From Lingula anatina (Eukaryota; Animalia; Brachiopoda), in contig CM120642.1 in assembly GCA_051362555.1 (NCBI GenBank), positions 23,994,001 through 24,058,000 of the forward strand: a stretch of 64,000 nt of DNA. Direction: 5' to 3'. The translations under genes and the position numbers were made by a program. Positions 61,901-64,000 of this stretch are shown in pieces. Position 1 is the stretch's first letter. Every line of letters begins with the position of its first letter. The notes under the pieces were generated by a model. That model made no database searches. It was not told the origin of the DNA and was given only the letters and a program-made list of their open reading frames with translations.

Positions 61901-64000
61901 AAGTAGACTTAAGCTGTGCAGCATACAATTAAGTGCCCTTTACTACCGGTACGCAAACTAGTACACGCACACACTCGCTCTACCCATTCACACACAAGCG
62001 CAAGATGTGCATTCCGAAACAGAGCCTTCCTTTTTTTCTCTTTTGTGAGCGTTATCAGGCAAACAAAACGTTTATAAACGTTGATCCAACGACCATATGA
62101 AGTCCCAAGTAGCTTTTAATATAACTTAGAGTTTACCTATTAAAATAGATTGTGTGCTATATCCTACAGGTGTATGTGAAAGTAACTTTTAGGTAATACG
62201 ATTAGTTAACCGTAAAAGAAATGTTCTTTATATGTCTTTTTGACGATAGCTATCAAGTTTAAAATATTTGGTATTTTTATATACTGGTGTTGACTTTTTC
62301 CAGTTCTTCCAAAATTTGAGGTGACGGTGAATCTACCATCATTCATGTTGACCACGGATAAACAACTCAAGGGGAGCGTGAGCGCAAAGTAAGTTTTCAC
62401 TGTGGCTTGTTTTATTCTAAGGTGGCTCTTTATAATGAATTAATTTCTAATGTGCTTTAAATGAAGCGCTGTTGACTTAACAGACAGAAGTTGTGACACG
62501 TGCACTGGCTTTTTCCACTAGATTTTTATAAAAAAAATTAATCGGAAGCGACTTAAATAGAGTATACATGTAAGATGATACAGTCAGTTTTAGATATTTA
62601 TATTACAATTGATATATATTTTTATTCGCCATATTGTAAGATAGAATGGTTGCATTACGAACTGCTCTTAGCAGTCCATAGTGTTTCATGGCCCATCTAA
62701 AGCACTATATTGTAACTTCCAGGTACACCTATGGCAAAGCAGTGGAAGGCACAGGTGTCGTGAAGTTGAAACTTGATTACTATTCGTATAGGTACAAGGG
62801 ACCGAGGGAGATCGTCAAGCATCTCACGCTGGTAAGCTCATTGGCACAAGAACGCTTTATTACATGTCAAAGTGAATTAGTTGTTCCAGTGAATTGAATG
62901 AGTAAGTGTGTTAGATGCGATAGCATTTCGATGTAAATGTGTATGTTTGAGGTGACAGCTTGTTAGATGCGATAGAGAGTTGAATGTGACCATTTTTTAT
63001 GTTACAGTGTGTTGGTTGTGTTCAGCCTGTTACTGCTTAGTTGTGACAATGCGTTGTTCATTTCAATTTGTATTGTATGCACAGACATTGCAGCGTATTC
63101 AAAATTTGTCGAAAATAGAGAGAGCGGTTATTGATTTAACAGCAGACATTATACAAATGATAGTAGAACATGTTGGTCATATAACATGAACATAATTTTT
63201 ACCTGGCATAAATTAAATGAAACAGGTCGACGGGAAAGCCGACTTCACAGAGGACGTGGCGGTCTTGGAGAATATGTATCATTATGGGCTAAGCTACAGA
63301 AAGGTAATTGTGGAAGCCCAGGTGACAGAGACCCTCACTGGCATTACGCTGAATGGGACGGCAGAAACAAAGTTCCACACTACTCCATACAAGATAGAGA
63401 TACCGTCCTCCACCCCTAAGTCTTTTAAACCGGGACTTAGATACACCGGCTTTGTAAGTACTTGTAAATACATTGTCCTGTTACCGTTCACGACTTTTAA
63501 ATTAAAATTTTCTTGGCATCCAATGAGAATAATATTCAAGAAAATAGATATTATGTGATAGTCTAGTGAATCATAGAATTTGCTTTTCATATCAACAATA
63601 TTTTAATTTAAAAAGTGTAATTCTAGTGCAAATCTATGCGAACTTTGCTGGTACTTCATTTACCAGTAGCTAAATGTATAGGGCCCAAACAGCTACGCTC
63701 GCCGCGGATAACCCTATCATGCTGGTCAGTTGTGTGTTTAGGCAGTACAGCGAAACCGATGCCGTAGCCTGGTGTAAAAGGAATTTCTGTTTTAGCTGTT
63801 CAATATATCGTCCCAAGTCTTTATGAGTATTTATATTTGCGTGTATGACATCCCTTCACAATAGGCGAAAGTGAGCTTGCAAGACGGGAGACCAATTGTT
63901 GGAGCACGCCCAAAGCTTCAGATCGACGCTCGGGTTCAATATCCAGAGGTAATTCCAGATGGAGTGACTACTACCACTCCCCGCTACTACTGGGGTGTGT
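57259..64000 (+). CDS. TEP/CD109-like alpha-2-macroglobulin family protein, copy 3 (5' part, runs off the window)
   Basis: Exons 57259-57320, 59530-59684, 59853-59878, 60041-60194, 60445-60515, 60763-60888, 61686-61725, 62304-62388, 62723-62831, 63226-63453, 63865-end. Signal peptide MMLRIILCITLCWTLANA; motifs FVQTDKAIYKPGQ, EYVLPKFEV, YTYGKAV, FKPGLRY. Intron positions match copy 2. Confidence 0.9.
61048..61256. mobile_element. MITE with TIRs related to the Harbinger-type family
   Basis: GGGCTCATTCCCATTG / CAATGGGAATGAGCCC; size ~210 bp as in 33343-33551. Confidence 0.7.
61500..61542. repeat. 14-bp tandem repeat (CGGATGTTATTGTA x3)
   Basis: Direct reading. Confidence 0.9.

Overview
Eukaryotic genomic DNA from an invertebrate animal: AT-rich, GT-AG introns, many microsatellites and MITEs. 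The taxon cannot be fixed from the sequence. The window holds a tandem cluster of three + strand alpha-2-macroglobulin-family thioester protein (TEP/CD109-like) genes: the 3' half of one (152-~4400), a complete ~35-coding-exon, ~1390 aa copy (11930-~36760) whose thioester motif reads GNAEQ instead of GCGEQ, and the 5' part of a third, more canonical copy (57259-end). Between copies 2 and 3 are two - strand genes, a somatomedin-B-like Cys-rich surface protein and an intronless atypical class A GPCR. They sit inside an unexplained array of about 13 same-orientation copies of a ~700-bp unit with a conserved ~250-bp core (38290-54820). That core contains promoter-like motifs, a pre-miRNA-sized hairpin and a short ORF, and is the most unusual signal here. 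Introns and spacers carry a decayed Gypsy LTR element, Tc1 remnants, an RTE LINE fragment and several MITE families. Exon coordinates, alignments and folds were read by eye; no searches or folding programs were run.
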